Source of the DNA: a virus
Lineage: Duplodnaviria > Caudoviricetes
Length of the DNA: 42,461 nt
IMG/VR virus record: IMGVR_UViG_3300036798_000335
Span: 1 to 42,461 of that record
Strand: one strand, 5' to 3'
Under the pieces are notes generated by a model that was not told the origin of the DNA, did not search any database, and saw only the letters and a list, made by a program, of their open reading frames with translations. A program made the translations under genes and the position numbers. Positions 23,558 through 34,382 of this stretch are shown piece by piece (position 1 is the first letter of the stretch; each line of letters opens with the position of its first letter).

Positions 23558-26500
23558 ATGGCCGGGCCTCAGGTCTCCGCTAGTCCGCTGCCGGTGCCCG
23601 AGGCGGCACCGGCTCCGGGCGGGCTGGATCTGATGCTGCGGGCCATGAGCGCGGCCACCCCCCAGCTCGACCCCGGGGTTACCACCGCCATCGCCCAGGG
23701 CTCACAGGCTCAGGGGGATCCGACCGCAGCGGTGAGCGCAGCCCAGGGGGTCATGGGCTACCAGAACGCAGCGTCCATGGTCGACCAGCTCAACAGCTAC
23801 GACCTGTCCGACCGGGTCGCCACTTACAACGCCATGCCTCGCTCCATCCAGCAGCAGCTCCAGGCGGCGGGGTTCAAGCCACCCAGCAAGGGCGGGGGCG
23901 GCATCGGCGGGTTCTTCAGCCGCGACATCCTCCACCCTCTGGCTTCGGTGATCACCAGCCCGCTTAAGTCTCAAGTGGGCAAGGACGTGCTGGGGGGGCT
24001 GGGGGCGGGACTGAGCTTCAGTCAGCACCTCGAGCGCATGAACATCCTGGCCGGCTCTCCGGTCAGTCCTATGGGGATCGCGCCGCCGCAGGCGTTGGCC
24101 AGCCGGCCTCAGGGTGAGGCCCCGGGCCAGCCTGACCTCAACCGGTGGCAGAGCGTTCTGCATCCGAGCGAATGGGCTCGAGCCTGGGACGAGACCTCCA
24201 ACGGGCAGACCTACATCCTGCCCCAGGTTCAGCGGGCGGTGCAGAAGCAGTACGGCGACGACACCTACCAGCTGGCCCTGAAACTGGCTTACGGAGCCGA
24301 CCCGACCACCCTGGTCAACGCTCTGCCCGCCGATCAGCAGGGGGCCATGCTCAATCGGCTCCAGACCGACCCCAAGCTGCAGCAGGCCACCGCCGCCCTC
24401 AACGCCGGCCACCTGTCCTTTGGCCACATGGTGATGACGCCCAACTTCATCATCCATCATCCCCGGCTCGGTAACGATATGTCGGGCTTGCTGGACGCGG
24501 CCTACGACTGGAACATGGATCCCACCGTGGCGGCGGGCAAGGCTGGCAAGGCCCTCAGCGTTATGAAGTACTTCGTGGGTGACTCCGAGGCGGTGCGGGA
24601 TCTGTACTACGGCGGAGCGCACTGGAAGGTGGCGCTGCGCAACGGGGTCACACCCATGCCCGCGGCTCAGCCCGCCAACCTGATCGATGCCGTGCGCTAC
24701 AGCGGCTCGCAGAACTTCCGCACCGCGGTGCAGGACATCGCCAGCCGCATCCGCAACCAGGGCACCGACGCCTCGGCTGGCCTGCTCGAGCGCTACCCCC
24801 AGCTCCAGCCGGTCATCGGTCACATGGTGCAGGAAGGCATGGACACCCCGACCAAGGTGCTCGACTTCTTCGCTGACGGCATGGGTGGCACCGCCTCCAT
24901 CATCAATGGCAAGGCAGCTCGCATCGGGGACCTCCAGGGTGGAGTGGTGCCCCATCTGCGCTACATCGGCCAGGAGCGGCTGGCTACCAAGCTGTCCAAG
25001 GCGATTGATTTTACCGCCGACGGACCCAATACCCTGCCCGTCGACCCTGAGGATGTCATCGACCACCCGGCCAATCCCCCGGGGCCGATCAAATCAATCG
25101 CGGTGGGCGCGGCCCGGTGGGGATTGGGCGGGAAGACCCAGAGTCTGCGCCGGCTGTCCACCCTGGTCTCCCAGACCAGCACCTTCGACCCCAACAACCC
25201 GGAAAATCTGGGCCGGCTGCGGGACATCGCCCTCTACGCTCTGCCCCGGGCCCAGGCCGACCAGGTGGTCAACGCCTTCGCCGCCACCTCCGACCTGGGT
25301 CTGAAGCGCCAGATCTTCGCCGGCCTCATGGAGAACATGGGCCACGCCGCCGGCATGGACGAAGACAGCGCCCTGTGGCAGCACTACATGAGCCGTTTCA
25401 CCATGGAGGGCGGCGACAACGTGGCTGCCCCCACCCGGCGGTTCGCTCCCAACGGCGAGGACACCTTCGACACCGGCCACACCAATCCCACCAACGTGGC
25501 CATCACCGAGAACCAGGCCACCGACGAGTGGGGCATCCCCGACTTCAAGGTCTTCCGTATGAACGCCAAGAAGTCAGCCATGATGCGGGCCACCGTCGGC
25601 GCTACCAATGCCGGCTGGATGGATAAGTACATGCGGCTGTGGCGGGGCATGACTCTGGCCCGGCCCGGCTTCGGGCTGCGGGTGGCCGGCGACGAAGCTT
25701 TCGCTTTCATCCTGCGGGAGGGCCCGCTGGCCTACGTGAAGGCCCGGCTGGCCTCGAGCCTGGCTGAACGGGCGGCGGGGACGTCCGAGGTCAGCCCAGC
25801 CGTTCAGCAGGCCCGTTCCATCTACAACCGGATGACCGAGGACATGCCTCAGGGCATCAGGAACAAGATCGTCAATCCCACCGACCTGGCCGCGGCCCAG
25901 CTCGGTCAATCGGCCCGGACGGCGCTCAAAAACGTGGATGGGGCCCTTTCGCAGGGTAAGTACATGGCCGGGGCCCGAAAACTCATCCAGAACGGGGTGC
26001 AGGACACCGAAGGCGGCTATGCCGACCATATCTGGGCCTCCACCCAGCCGTTCGACACCGATCTGGCCAAAGGGCGCCCGCAGCCGGTGATGTTGCAGTC
26101 GGGACGCAAGCTCAACGCCGAGTTCGTCCGCACCGGCAAGTACGTGCAGCTCGAGAAAGGCCACGACCAGTATCTGATGGCCCTGCACAACCAGTTGGAC
26201 GAGCTGGCTGCCAGTCGGTGGGCCAACACCTCGATGACCCACATCGATGCGCCCCCCGAGCAGCGCATCGCCCAGGTGTCCGACCACATCCAGGCCAACG
26301 AGAAGTTCTGGAAGCGATTCATCCGCTATCAGGGCACCCGGGACGGGAATCTGGTGGCCACGGGCGAAACCACCCGCCAGGCTGCGGCCGAGGACCACGC
26401 CCTGGCTGTCAATCAGCTGGTGGATGCCAGCGTGAAGACCCCCGCCGGGGATCACATCAAAGCCGCCTTTGGGGCGCCCGGAAAGCCGTTCGGGATCGGC

Positions 26501-28543
26501 GACGAGATGACCATGACCGAATACCTGCAGAAGTACGGGAAATCGCCCTCGGTGGAGAAGTTGGGCCAGATTCCCTTCAAAGATCGGCCCGATTACGCCA
26601 AGGGGCCCGAACAGGTGCTGGGTTTCGGCCGGGTGGGCAACTTCCTGCAGAACCTGACCGATAAGACCTTCGAGAAGATCGTCTCCCCCCAGCTCAACTG
26701 GATCAGCCGCCAGCCGATTTTCCTGCACAACTACACGGTGTCGCGCGAGGCCTGGGCCCGCCAGGCCAACATCTGGCGCCAGTCGGGCATGGCTGAGGAC
26801 AAGATCGAGGAGCTGACCCATCAGTACGCCATGCAGCGGGCCTTCAAGCTCACCGTTCCTTACATCCACAACCCTGAGCTGAAATCCCAGATGTCGGTGA
26901 TGACCCGCAATCTGGCTCCGTTCTGGTTCGCTCAGGAGCAGGCCTATAAGCGCTACGCCCGCACCCTGGCGGTGGCGCCCTGGGGCGTGCGCCAGGCCCA
27001 GCTCATCAACTCCGGGCTGGTCCACTCCGGTTTCATTCACACCGATCAGCAGACCGGAGCCGAGTACTTCGTGTACCCGCTCACCTCCATCGCCATGGAC
27101 GCGGTGACCCGGGTGCTGAGCGCTTTCGGTCAATCGGCCACTCTGCCCATCCAGGCCGGGCTCATCGGCCAGGTGGCCGGGCTCAGCCCCTCCTTCGAGC
27201 GGATGGGACTGCCCAACTTCGGGCCTTTCGTGGTCACCCCGCTCAACGGCCTGAAATCGATGGTGCCCCGCACCACCGCTCTGGTGAACACCATGGTGGG
27301 CCAACAAGCCGCCAATCAGGGCCTGCTCAAGCCCTTGTTGCCCGGCAACGTGGTGCGAGCCATGGACATCTTCGCTCCCGACGCCCTGGACGGCTCGCAG
27401 GCGGCATCGGCGCAGATGCAGGCCATTCAGGCCCTCGAGGCCACCGGGCACGGGATCGGGGCGCCGGCCACCAACAACCGGGGCACCTACAACGGGATCG
27501 GCGTCCCAGCTGGGCTGGCCGGTAAGGCCGGCGACTACTTCACCGACGCTCAGGGCAAGCAGTTTGTGATGCAGGGCGATGGCACCTGGCGGGACAACAG
27601 CGCCGCGGCCATGGACCAGTACCTCAAGCGGGTGGACAAGTGGACCCGGACCTTCATGCTCATGCGGGCCGTCTTCGGTCTGTCGGGCCCGTCGTCGCCT
27701 CAGGTGCAGTTCAATCCCAACAACCTCCACGAGGATCTGCAGCGCTACCTGAACACCAGCGGGATGACCGTCAGCCAGGCCCTGTCCGCTTTCGTCCAGC
27801 AGCATCCCGACGCCAGCCCGTACACGGTGTTCCAGACCAAGTCCGGCGACGGGATGCCGGCCCCGGCGGTGGCCCCGGCCATGGCCTGGATGGACTCCCA
27901 CCAGAGCTTCGTGAGTGCCCACCGCGACGCGGCCAGTTACTTCATCCCCATGCCCGACACCACCGGGAAGTTCGACCTGGCCGCGTACCAGGAGCAAATG
28001 GCCGAGGGCTTCCGCATCCGCAAGGACCCCCGCGAGTTCTACAACGACGTCACCTACGCCATGTCGGCCAGCACCTACTTCAACGCCCTGGATAACAAGA
28101 ACAAGATGCTGGCCAGCGCGGGTGGGTCGAATAAGACCGCCATCAGTCAGGCCTGGACCCAGTGGTCGCAGAACTACATGGCCACCAATCCGCTCTTTGC
28201 CGATCAGCTCACCTCATCCAAGGGGCCGTTGGTGAGAGCCCAGATCATGCAGGACGTGGGGGCCGCGCTCAACGACCCCAAGCTGCCCCACACCCCCCAG
28301 ACGGTGGACATCGCCACCCTCTACGACGGCTGGCACAACTGGCAGGCCATGATCACCACCGGCCCCAACTCGCCTGGGCTCAGCTCGACCATGAAGAGCA
28401 CCGTCGATCAGCAGTTCGCCATCTGGGCCGAGAGCTTCGTAGCCCAACATCCTGACGTCCAGCCGCTGTACGAGAAGGCCATCAAGCCCAATCTGGTGCC
28501 GGTGCTGGACGCCATGGCTAACGCAGGAGGGCAGGCCGCGTAA
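23558..28543 (+). CDS. Large internal virion/ejection protein (1661 aa)
   Basis: Very large helical protein between portal and capsid genes, without tape-measure periodicity. Confidence 0.65.
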   Translation: MAGPQVSASPLPVPEAAPAPGGLDLMLRAMSAATPQLDPGVTTAIAQGSQAQGDPTAAVSAAQGVMGYQNAASMVDQLNSYDLSDRVATYNAMPRSIQQQLQAAGFKPPSKGGGGIGGFFSRDILHPLASVITSPLKSQVGKDVLGGLGAGLSFSQHLERMNILAGSPVSPMGIAPPQALASRPQGEAPGQPDLNRWQSVLHPSEWARAWDETSNGQTYILPQVQRAVQKQYGDDTYQLALKLAYGADPTTLVNALPADQQGAMLNRLQTDPKLQQATAALNAGHLSFGHMVMTPNFIIHHPRLGNDMSGLLDAAYDWNMDPTVAAGKAGKALSVMKYFVGDSEAVRDLYYGGAHWKVALRNGVTPMPAAQPANLIDAVRYSGSQNFRTAVQDIASRIRNQGTDASAGLLERYPQLQPVIGHMVQEGMDTPTKVLDFFADGMGGTASIINGKAARIGDLQGGVVPHLRYIGQERLATKLSKAIDFTADGPNTLPVDPEDVIDHPANPPGPIKSIAVGAARWGLGGKTQSLRRLSTLVSQTSTFDPNNPENLGRLRDIALYALPRAQADQVVNAFAATSDLGLKRQIFAGLMENMGHAAGMDEDSALWQHYMSRFTMEGGDNVAAPTRRFAPNGEDTFDTGHTNPTNVAITENQATDEWGIPDFKVFRMNAKKSAMMRATVGATNAGWMDKYMRLWRGMTLARPGFGLRVAGDEAFAFILREGPLAYVKARLASSLAERAAGTSEVSPAVQQARSIYNRMTEDMPQGIRNKIVNPTDLAAAQLGQSARTALKNVDGALSQGKYMAGARKLIQNGVQDTEGGYADHIWASTQPFDTDLAKGRPQPVMLQSGRKLNAEFVRTGKYVQLEKGHDQYLMALHNQLDELAASRWANTSMTHIDAPPEQRIAQVSDHIQANEKFWKRFIRYQGTRDGNLVATGETTRQAAAEDHALAVNQLVDASVKTPAGDHIKAAFGAPGKPFGIGDEMTMTEYLQKYGKSPSVEKLGQIPFKDRPDYAKGPEQVLGFGRVGNFLQNLTDKTFEKIVSPQLNWISRQPIFLHNYTVSREAWARQANIWRQSGMAEDKIEELTHQYAMQRAFKLTVPYIHNPELKSQMSVMTRNLAPFWFAQEQAYKRYARTLAVAPWGVRQAQLINSGLVHSGFIHTDQQTGAEYFVYPLTSIAMDAVTRVLSAFGQSATLPIQAGLIGQVAGLSPSFERMGLPNFGPFVVTPLNGLKSMVPRTTALVNTMVGQQAANQGLLKPLLPGNVVRAMDIFAPDALDGSQAASAQMQAIQALEATGHGIGAPATNNRGTYNGIGVPAGLAGKAGDYFTDAQGKQFVMQGDGTWRDNSAAAMDQYLKRVDKWTRTFMLMRAVFGLSGPSSPQVQFNPNNLHEDLQRYLNTSGMTVSQALSAFVQQHPDASPYTVFQTKSGDGMPAPAVAPAMAWMDSHQSFVSAHRDAASYFIPMPDTTGKFDLAAYQEQMAEGFRIRKDPREFYNDVTYAMSASTYFNALDNKNKMLASAGGSNKTAISQAWTQWSQNYMATNPLFADQLTSSKGPLVRAQIMQDVGAALNDPKLPHTPQTVDIATLYDGWHNWQAMITTGPNSPGLSSTMKSTVDQQFAIWAESFVAQHPDVQPLYEKAIKPNLVPVLDAMANAGGQAA

Positions 28544-30327
28544 TGGCCGGAGCTACCGGAAACAACACCCCCACCCAGGTCCCCGCTTCTCCTCAGGGGC
28601 AGCTGACCCCGCCGGCTGGGTCGCCTATCAACTTCAGCGATCCCAACTCTTTGGGTCTGGGCGCCGTGGGGACTACCACCAGCGGCACCGTTTACGCGCC
28701 TGGCGTCACCTCCATGACGCCGTACTCCCTCGGCCAGCTCGAGTCCGAGGCCGGGCAGATCACCATCGGTCCTGACATGGCCGCTTTGCTCAACATTCCC
28801 CCGGGGCCTTATTCGATGGCCGACCTCCTGGCCGACTTCAACGCTCTGAGTCAGGACCAAAGGATCCAGCTCCAGAGCCAGCTGGCCGCGGGCGGCTTCT
28901 ACACCGACTCGGCCGGCCAGCCGATGCCCAATCCGCCCACCTTCGGGGCCCACGACAATCAATCGTTCAACGCCTTCGCCAACGCCCTCATGCAGACGGC
29001 CCAGCTCGGTCACACCGCTGACGGCAAGAACACCACCAACACCATCGACTCGGTCATTCAGACCGGCATCCGCTCTGGCCAGGGTCAGGTTGGCAAGGCG
29101 GCTGCGCTCAGTCCTTCGGTGGGGGGCGGCCAGACCTACCAGATCGATCTGACCAACCCGGCCGCGGTGCGGGAGTCGGCCACCGGTCTGGCTCAGACTC
29201 TTCTTGGTCGTAATCCCACTCAGGACGAGCTGAACAAGATCACCAGCTACGTCCAGGGTCAAGAGACCGCCTTCCAGGGGGCCAAGAACCGGCAGGCCGA
29301 GACGGCCCAGCAGGCGGTGTACCAGGCCAACTTGACCGCCAAGCAAGCCCAGAACGCCGCCCAGGTCACTCTGGGCCCGGCCCCCAACGGCCCCTTCAAG
29401 GACGTCGGTCAGTGGGCGGCGGCTTTCCTGCAGTACCTGGGCGGCGGGGGTACCAGTTTGGCCACTCCGTCCAACATCGCCATGATCATCGGCTGGGCCA
29501 AGGCCAGCGGGAACGGCATGGGTGGCAACAACCCACTCGGGGTCACGCTGGCCGAGCCGGGCAGCCAGCAAACCAAGGGTGGCACTCAACCGTCGACCCA
29601 GAGCTACAGCAATCCGGCCGACGGGATGCGGGCCGCGGCTCAGACACTCACCGGCAGCTTCCCTCTCCTCTTGCAGGCCCTGCAGGGCGGGGATGCGTCC
29701 AGTCAGCTTGGTCAGAAGGCGATTCAGGACGAGCTGAACAAGTGGAGTTCGGGTGGTTACCGCGACATCACCAGTCAGGTCGCTGGGGCCCAAACCCAGG
29801 CCAACGCCGCCGCTCAGCAGTATGGCAATCAGCCCGTTCCGGGCACCGCCCCTCCGTCGCCCTCCGCACCCACCATCCCTACCGGGGCAGTGGGTGGGAG
29901 CCAAGAGGCCAAGCTGGCCGGCGCCGCCAACCAGCAACAGCAGGCCGCAGGTCAGCAGGCCGCAGCCGCGGCAGGGCCACAGACCGCGGATCAGCTGGCC
30001 GCGAACAACCCGGCGGTGGCGGCCACCTTTGCCGCCGCTCAGCAGAACCCGGACGTGGCTGCCTATCTTCAGGCTGGCTACAACCAGGCTCACGGGATGG
30101 GAGCCACGGTGGACCCGGCGGCTACCAGCCTGGGTCAGCAGCCGGTTGCCCCCGGCAGTACCTACATCCCGGCTACCACCCTCACTCAGGTTCAACCGGA
30201 AACCCCCGAGCAGCACGCTTATGAGGTCTTCACTACGGGCGCCAACCGCATCGAGTACGGCGCCAACAACTACCTCAACCTGTTCAAGGGCCTGATGTCC
30301 CTTATCCAGCAAGGGGGCTTTAAGTAG
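28543..30327 (+). CDS. Internal virion protein with lysozyme-like domain
   Basis: Q/A-rich. WAAAFL..LG...NIAMIIGW..NNPLGVT..QSYSN..DGMRAAAQTL resembles an actinobacterial lysozyme-like domain. Confidence 0.55.
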   Translation: MAGATGNNTPTQVPASPQGQLTPPAGSPINFSDPNSLGLGAVGTTTSGTVYAPGVTSMTPYSLGQLESEAGQITIGPDMAALLNIPPGPYSMADLLADFNALSQDQRIQLQSQLAAGGFYTDSAGQPMPNPPTFGAHDNQSFNAFANALMQTAQLGHTADGKNTTNTIDSVIQTGIRSGQGQVGKAAALSPSVGGGQTYQIDLTNPAAVRESATGLAQTLLGRNPTQDELNKITSYVQGQETAFQGAKNRQAETAQQAVYQANLTAKQAQNAAQVTLGPAPNGPFKDVGQWAAAFLQYLGGGGTSLATPSNIAMIIGWAKASGNGMGGNNPLGVTLAEPGSQQTKGGTQPSTQSYSNPADGMRAAAQTLTGSFPLLLQALQGGDASSQLGQKAIQDELNKWSSGGYRDITSQVAGAQTQANAAAQQYGNQPVPGTAPPSPSAPTIPTGAVGGSQEAKLAGAANQQQQAAGQQAAAAAGPQTADQLAANNPAVAATFAAAQQNPDVAAYLQAGYNQAHGMGATVDPAATSLGQQPVAPGSTYIPATTLTQVQPETPEQHAYEVFTTGANRIEYGANNYLNLFKGLMSLIQQGGFK

Positions 30328-32247
30328 ATGCCGCGCCAGCAACCACTCGACGCTCAAACTCTGAGTCCGGCCATCCAGGCTGCGATAGCCAACGTCGACC
30401 CCAACGTGGTGAACGCCGTGATCAGCGTGGCCCAGAGTCTCGGCGTCGACCCCAACCTGGCCTTGGCCACGATGATGGTCGAATCGGGCGGCAACCCCCG
30501 AGCGGTGGGCGACGGCGGTACCAGCTTCGGTCTGTTCCAGCTCCACCAAGGTGGCGAGCTGGGCAGCCTCACGCCTCAGCAGGCCATGGATCCGGCCACC
30601 AACGCCCGAGTGTCCCTCTCGATATTTGCGAACGTCATGTCGGCCCATCCCAACATCAACCCCGGAACGCTGGCCGCATTGGCCCAGCGCCCGGCCGACG
30701 CCCAGGGGTATGCCAACAAGGTCAATCAGGTATTGGGTGGTCAAGGTGGTGTCGTACCCAGTACGGGCGGCGGGGTGCCCGATCCTGGCGTTCAGACTGC
30801 ACAGACCCAGGCCGGCGGTACTGGCCTGGTTTGGCCGTTCGGGACCGAAGCCTCATCCCAGTTCGAGCGAGTCGATCAGGGCTGGGATCTGCAGTCCACC
30901 GCGGGCGCTCCGGTGTATGCCATCGCAGCGGGGACCATCGGCAAGGCCAACGCCGATCCGGGCGGGTTCGGCAACGACTACCCCTTCGAGACTCTGGCCG
31001 CGGCCCCCCAGGGAGCGCCGTCGAACACCGTCTACTACGGGCACATCCACGTCATTCCCTCCCTGATCGGCCAGCAGGTCCAAGCTGGCCAGGTCATCGG
31101 CTACACCAATACCACCCAGGGCCAGAATGGGTCTGCGGCCCCGCCCGGTTGGCTCGAGATCGGCTTCGCTGAGCCGGGCACTGGGGCCCCGGTGCAGCGG
31201 GGTGCTGAGGGGTCCTCCACCGGGGCTGGGCAGGCCATGAAGAGCCTGCTGCTCGGGGCGTCGGTACCGGCTGGCACCGACGCTGCCACCGGAGGCCCCG
31301 CCCCCGGTGCCGGCAGTTCGACGGCCGGGGGTCCTCCGACCTGGAACGGTCAGCCCCTCACCATGGCCGACGTCCCCTCGGTGGACGCCTACATCCGGGC
31401 CAACTGGCCCTCCTTCGCCTGGCTGCTCACCATCCCCGAGGTCAAGCAGCAGCTCGAGCAGGGGGCGGTCAAGGGCTGGGACACCGACCGCACCATGGCC
31501 GGAATCGAGCAGACCCAGTGGTGGCAGACCACGTCGAACGCGTACCGCCAGTATGCGGCCGACAAGGCCCAGAACCCGGGCGACTACACCTTCACCACCC
31601 CCGGCTCCAAGGCCTCCCAGCAGTACGCCCACATCATTGACCTGGCCACCAAGGCCGGGGTGAACCTCACCCCCGCCCAGGCCCAGCAGCTCGCCACGAA
31701 CTCTTTGATGTACGGCTGGACCGACGAGCAGACCCAGGCCGCGGTGGGGGCCGCGGTCAATCCCAGTACCGGAGCCAACGCCCAATCGGTGATGCAACAG
31801 GTCAACGGGGCCGCGGGCGAGCAGTTCCAGAAGCTCAGCCCCCAGGTGGCAGCCTCCTGGGCTCAGAACATTGCCGGCGGCACCCAGACCCTGGACCAGC
31901 TCAAAGCCCAGATGGCCTCCGACGCGGCCAGCAAGTGGACCGGTTACGGCCCTCAGCTGCAGCAGGGCATGACCATGAACCAGTTGACCAACGGCCTGCG
32001 CCAGAACGCGGCGACGACCATGGAGGTCGACCCCACCACGGTTGATTTCGTCAACAACCCCATGTACTCCAAGGTGCTCGACTACGTGCCGGCTAACTCG
32101 CCCAACGGGGTGCACCGGGTGATGACCCAGTCAGAGATGGACGCCTACCTCAAGTCCCAATCGCAGTGGGACACCACGCAACAGGCCCGGGATCAGTCGG
32201 CCGCGTTGGCTACCACCCTGACCCAAGCCTTCGGGAAGATGGGATAG
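30328..32247 (+). CDS. Virion protein with SLT lytic transglycosylase and M23-like domains
   Basis: VESGGNPRAVGDGGTSFGLFQL (SLT). DQGWDL..GAPVYAIAAGTI..YYGHI..GQQVQAGQVIG (M23 fold). Confidence 0.8.
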   Translation: MPRQQPLDAQTLSPAIQAAIANVDPNVVNAVISVAQSLGVDPNLALATMMVESGGNPRAVGDGGTSFGLFQLHQGGELGSLTPQQAMDPATNARVSLSIFANVMSAHPNINPGTLAALAQRPADAQGYANKVNQVLGGQGGVVPSTGGGVPDPGVQTAQTQAGGTGLVWPFGTEASSQFERVDQGWDLQSTAGAPVYAIAAGTIGKANADPGGFGNDYPFETLAAAPQGAPSNTVYYGHIHVIPSLIGQQVQAGQVIGYTNTTQGQNGSAAPPGWLEIGFAEPGTGAPVQRGAEGSSTGAGQAMKSLLLGASVPAGTDAATGGPAPGAGSSTAGGPPTWNGQPLTMADVPSVDAYIRANWPSFAWLLTIPEVKQQLEQGAVKGWDTDRTMAGIEQTQWWQTTSNAYRQYAADKAQNPGDYTFTTPGSKASQQYAHIIDLATKAGVNLTPAQAQQLATNSLMYGWTDEQTQAAVGAAVNPSTGANAQSVMQQVNGAAGEQFQKLSPQVAASWAQNIAGGTQTLDQLKAQMASDAASKWTGYGPQLQQGMTMNQLTNGLRQNAATTMEVDPTTVDFVNNPMYSKVLDYVPANSPNGVHRVMTQSEMDAYLKSQSQWDTTQQARDQSAALATTLTQAFGKMG

Positions 32248-32250
32248 CCG

Positions 32251-33579
32251 ATGGCCACCAAAGCCGCCCCGAAGCCCAAGGCCGCTCCCAAGCCACCGCC
32301 CTTCAACGCCTACGCAGGACGGGAACAGCAGCTCTACGCCGAGCTGACCCAGATGATCGGGGCCTGGTCCAAGTCCACCGGGGTGCCGGCTCCCAGTGCG
32401 GCCCAGATCGCAGCGTGGGAGAAGCAGTACGGCGGCACTCTCCAGGGGCAGTTCAATACCGAGTCGGCCAACATCGGCTACTACGCGGGCCGGGACAAGG
32501 GGCTCCCCAGGACTACCCGGCCCGAAATCATCGCCGCGGCCCAGAGGGATCCCCGCTGGGCTGGGCTGGACGCCTTCGGCCGGGCCGAGCTGGAGCAGAT
32601 GTACAACCTCCAGCAGTCGGGCTACGCCGGAGAGATGGCCGGGCTCAACGCCCCCATGGTCCCGTTGGGCCGGCCTCCGGCCACCACCAGGGTTGGGGCC
32701 CCGGCCAACGGCATGACCTCGACCCAGGCCAACGCCTGGGCCATCCTGCAGACCACCTTGCAGCAGTACCAGTTCACCGCGGCCCAAGTCCAGGGGTTGG
32801 TGGCGTGGGCCAAGAACGAGATCATCAAGGGCAACGGCCCCGATCAGATCATGCTTGATCTCCAGCAGACCGCCCAGTTCAAGCAGCGCTTCCCGGCCAT
32901 CGGGATCCTGGCCGGCCAGGGGGTGGCCATCACCCCCTCCGAATACCTGTCGGCCGAAAAGTCCTACGCCGCGACTGAACATCAGTACGGCATCCCGGTC
33001 AACTTCGCCTCCTACGACGCTCTTATCGCCAACCAAGTGTCACCGTCGGAGTACCAGGCCCGCCTGCAGCAGGGTTACCAGGCTGTGGCCCAGGCCGACC
33101 CCACCGTGGTGAAGGCCTTCCAGGACTACTACGGAGTGACTCAGGGTCAGCTGGCTGCCTACTTCCTCGACCCCAAGTCTCAGGAGCCCACCCTCATCCA
33201 TAAGGCGGTGGCAGCCCAGATCGGCGGGGCGGCAGCCATGTCCGGGTTCCATGTGGCCGGCGGGCCCACCACCCCCGAGGGCATCACCGCCGACCAGGCC
33301 ATGCGTCTGGCTCAGATGAACGTGACCCAGGCTCAGGCCCAGGCCGGGTTCCAGAAGCTCGGCACCGAGGGCCAGCTCTACAACCCGCTGCCCGGCGCCG
33401 GCCACGTCGGCAACGCCCTCACCGCCGACCAGCTCCTCAATGCCCAGTTCGGCTCCGACGCCCAGACTCAGCTCGAGCTGCAGAATCAGGCTGCCTTCGC
33501 TACCGGCACCACCCGCCAGGGTGGGACGGCCGGTCAGACCCAGACCGGCTCCACCGGGCTCGGGCCTCTGCAGCGCTAG
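32251..33579 (+). CDS. Internal virion/ejection protein
   Basis: Helical, Q/A-rich; FKQRFPA, SEYLSAE and LAAYFLDP motifs; position in the cluster. Confidence 0.6.
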   Translation: MATKAAPKPKAAPKPPPFNAYAGREQQLYAELTQMIGAWSKSTGVPAPSAAQIAAWEKQYGGTLQGQFNTESANIGYYAGRDKGLPRTTRPEIIAAAQRDPRWAGLDAFGRAELEQMYNLQQSGYAGEMAGLNAPMVPLGRPPATTRVGAPANGMTSTQANAWAILQTTLQQYQFTAAQVQGLVAWAKNEIIKGNGPDQIMLDLQQTAQFKQRFPAIGILAGQGVAITPSEYLSAEKSYAATEHQYGIPVNFASYDALIANQVSPSEYQARLQQGYQAVAQADPTVVKAFQDYYGVTQGQLAAYFLDPKSQEPTLIHKAVAAQIGGAAAMSGFHVAGGPTTPEGITADQAMRLAQMNVTQAQAQAGFQKLGTEGQLYNPLPGAGHVGNALTADQLLNAQFGSDAQTQLELQNQAAFATGTTRQGGTAGQTQTGSTGLGPLQR

Positions 33580-33661
33580 ATCGTGCCGCGCCACTACACG
33601 GACCGCTGGGAAAGGGGGGCCCGTGGCGGTAGTGCTATCCGGTCGGGTCGGATCGCGGCCC

Positions 33662-33691
33662 TTGCCAGCCGGGCTGGACTGGGGTTACTCT
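33662..33691 (+). promoter_or_regulatory. SigA-like promoter for scaffold/capsid genes
   Basis: TTGCCA-N18-TACTCT in the intergenic gap. Confidence 0.45.
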
Positions 33692-33873
33692 GACCTTCAG
33701 ACGTGAGCCCCATGGGCCGTCTGGTGCCGGTCCTGCTCCCGAGCGACAGGACTGTGGGATACCTCAGCTCGTTGACGTGACTCCGTAGAAGCCCGGCTCC
33801 GGTTCATCACGCTTCATTCGCCTCCGGGCCCCCGCATCGCGTCCTCCGCGTGATGTCGTGAAAGGACCTGGAG

Positions 33874-34365
33874 TTGACCGACACTGATTCCGGCTTCGAC
33901 CCTGAGGATTACGAGGGTGTCGAAGAGAAGATGGCAACCCTGCCTCGACGAGAGGTTCGCCGTCTCGAGCGAGACCGCAAACAACTGGCTGACACCCGGG
34001 CCCAGCTGGACCAGGCCCAACGACAGCTGGCTTTCGCCCAGGCGGGCATCGACGTCAATGACCCCGCCGCGATCTATTTCCTCAAGGCGTACGAGGGTGA
34101 CCTCGAGCCCGAGGCCATCCGTACCGCCGCCGCCCTGGCCCGGCTTCTGCCCGGATCGGGGGGGGCGACCTCTGCCGAGCGAGCCGGCCACGAGATGTTG
34201 AGCCAGACCGCAGCCGGTGGCAGCCACCCTTCCGAGGAGGACGAAGTGGCCCGCCAGCTGAACGACGTATCGAAGATGAACTGGCGTAACGGAGACGAGG
34301 CGCAGCGGGAGATCATGCGGATCGTGGAGGCCAACCAGATCAAGTTGCGAGCCCCGAACCTTTGA
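33874..34365 (+). CDS. Capsid scaffolding protein
   Basis: Acidic N-terminus and coiled coil; immediately before the MCP; TTG start. Confidence 0.7.
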   Translation: MTDTDSGFDPEDYEGVEEKMATLPRREVRRLERDRKQLADTRAQLDQAQRQLAFAQAGIDVNDPAAIYFLKAYEGDLEPEAIRTAAALARLLPGSGGATSAERAGHEMLSQTAAGGSHPSEEDEVARQLNDVSKMNWRNGDEAQREIMRIVEANQIKLRAPNL

Positions 34366-34382
34366 CCTAACCGAGGTATCCC

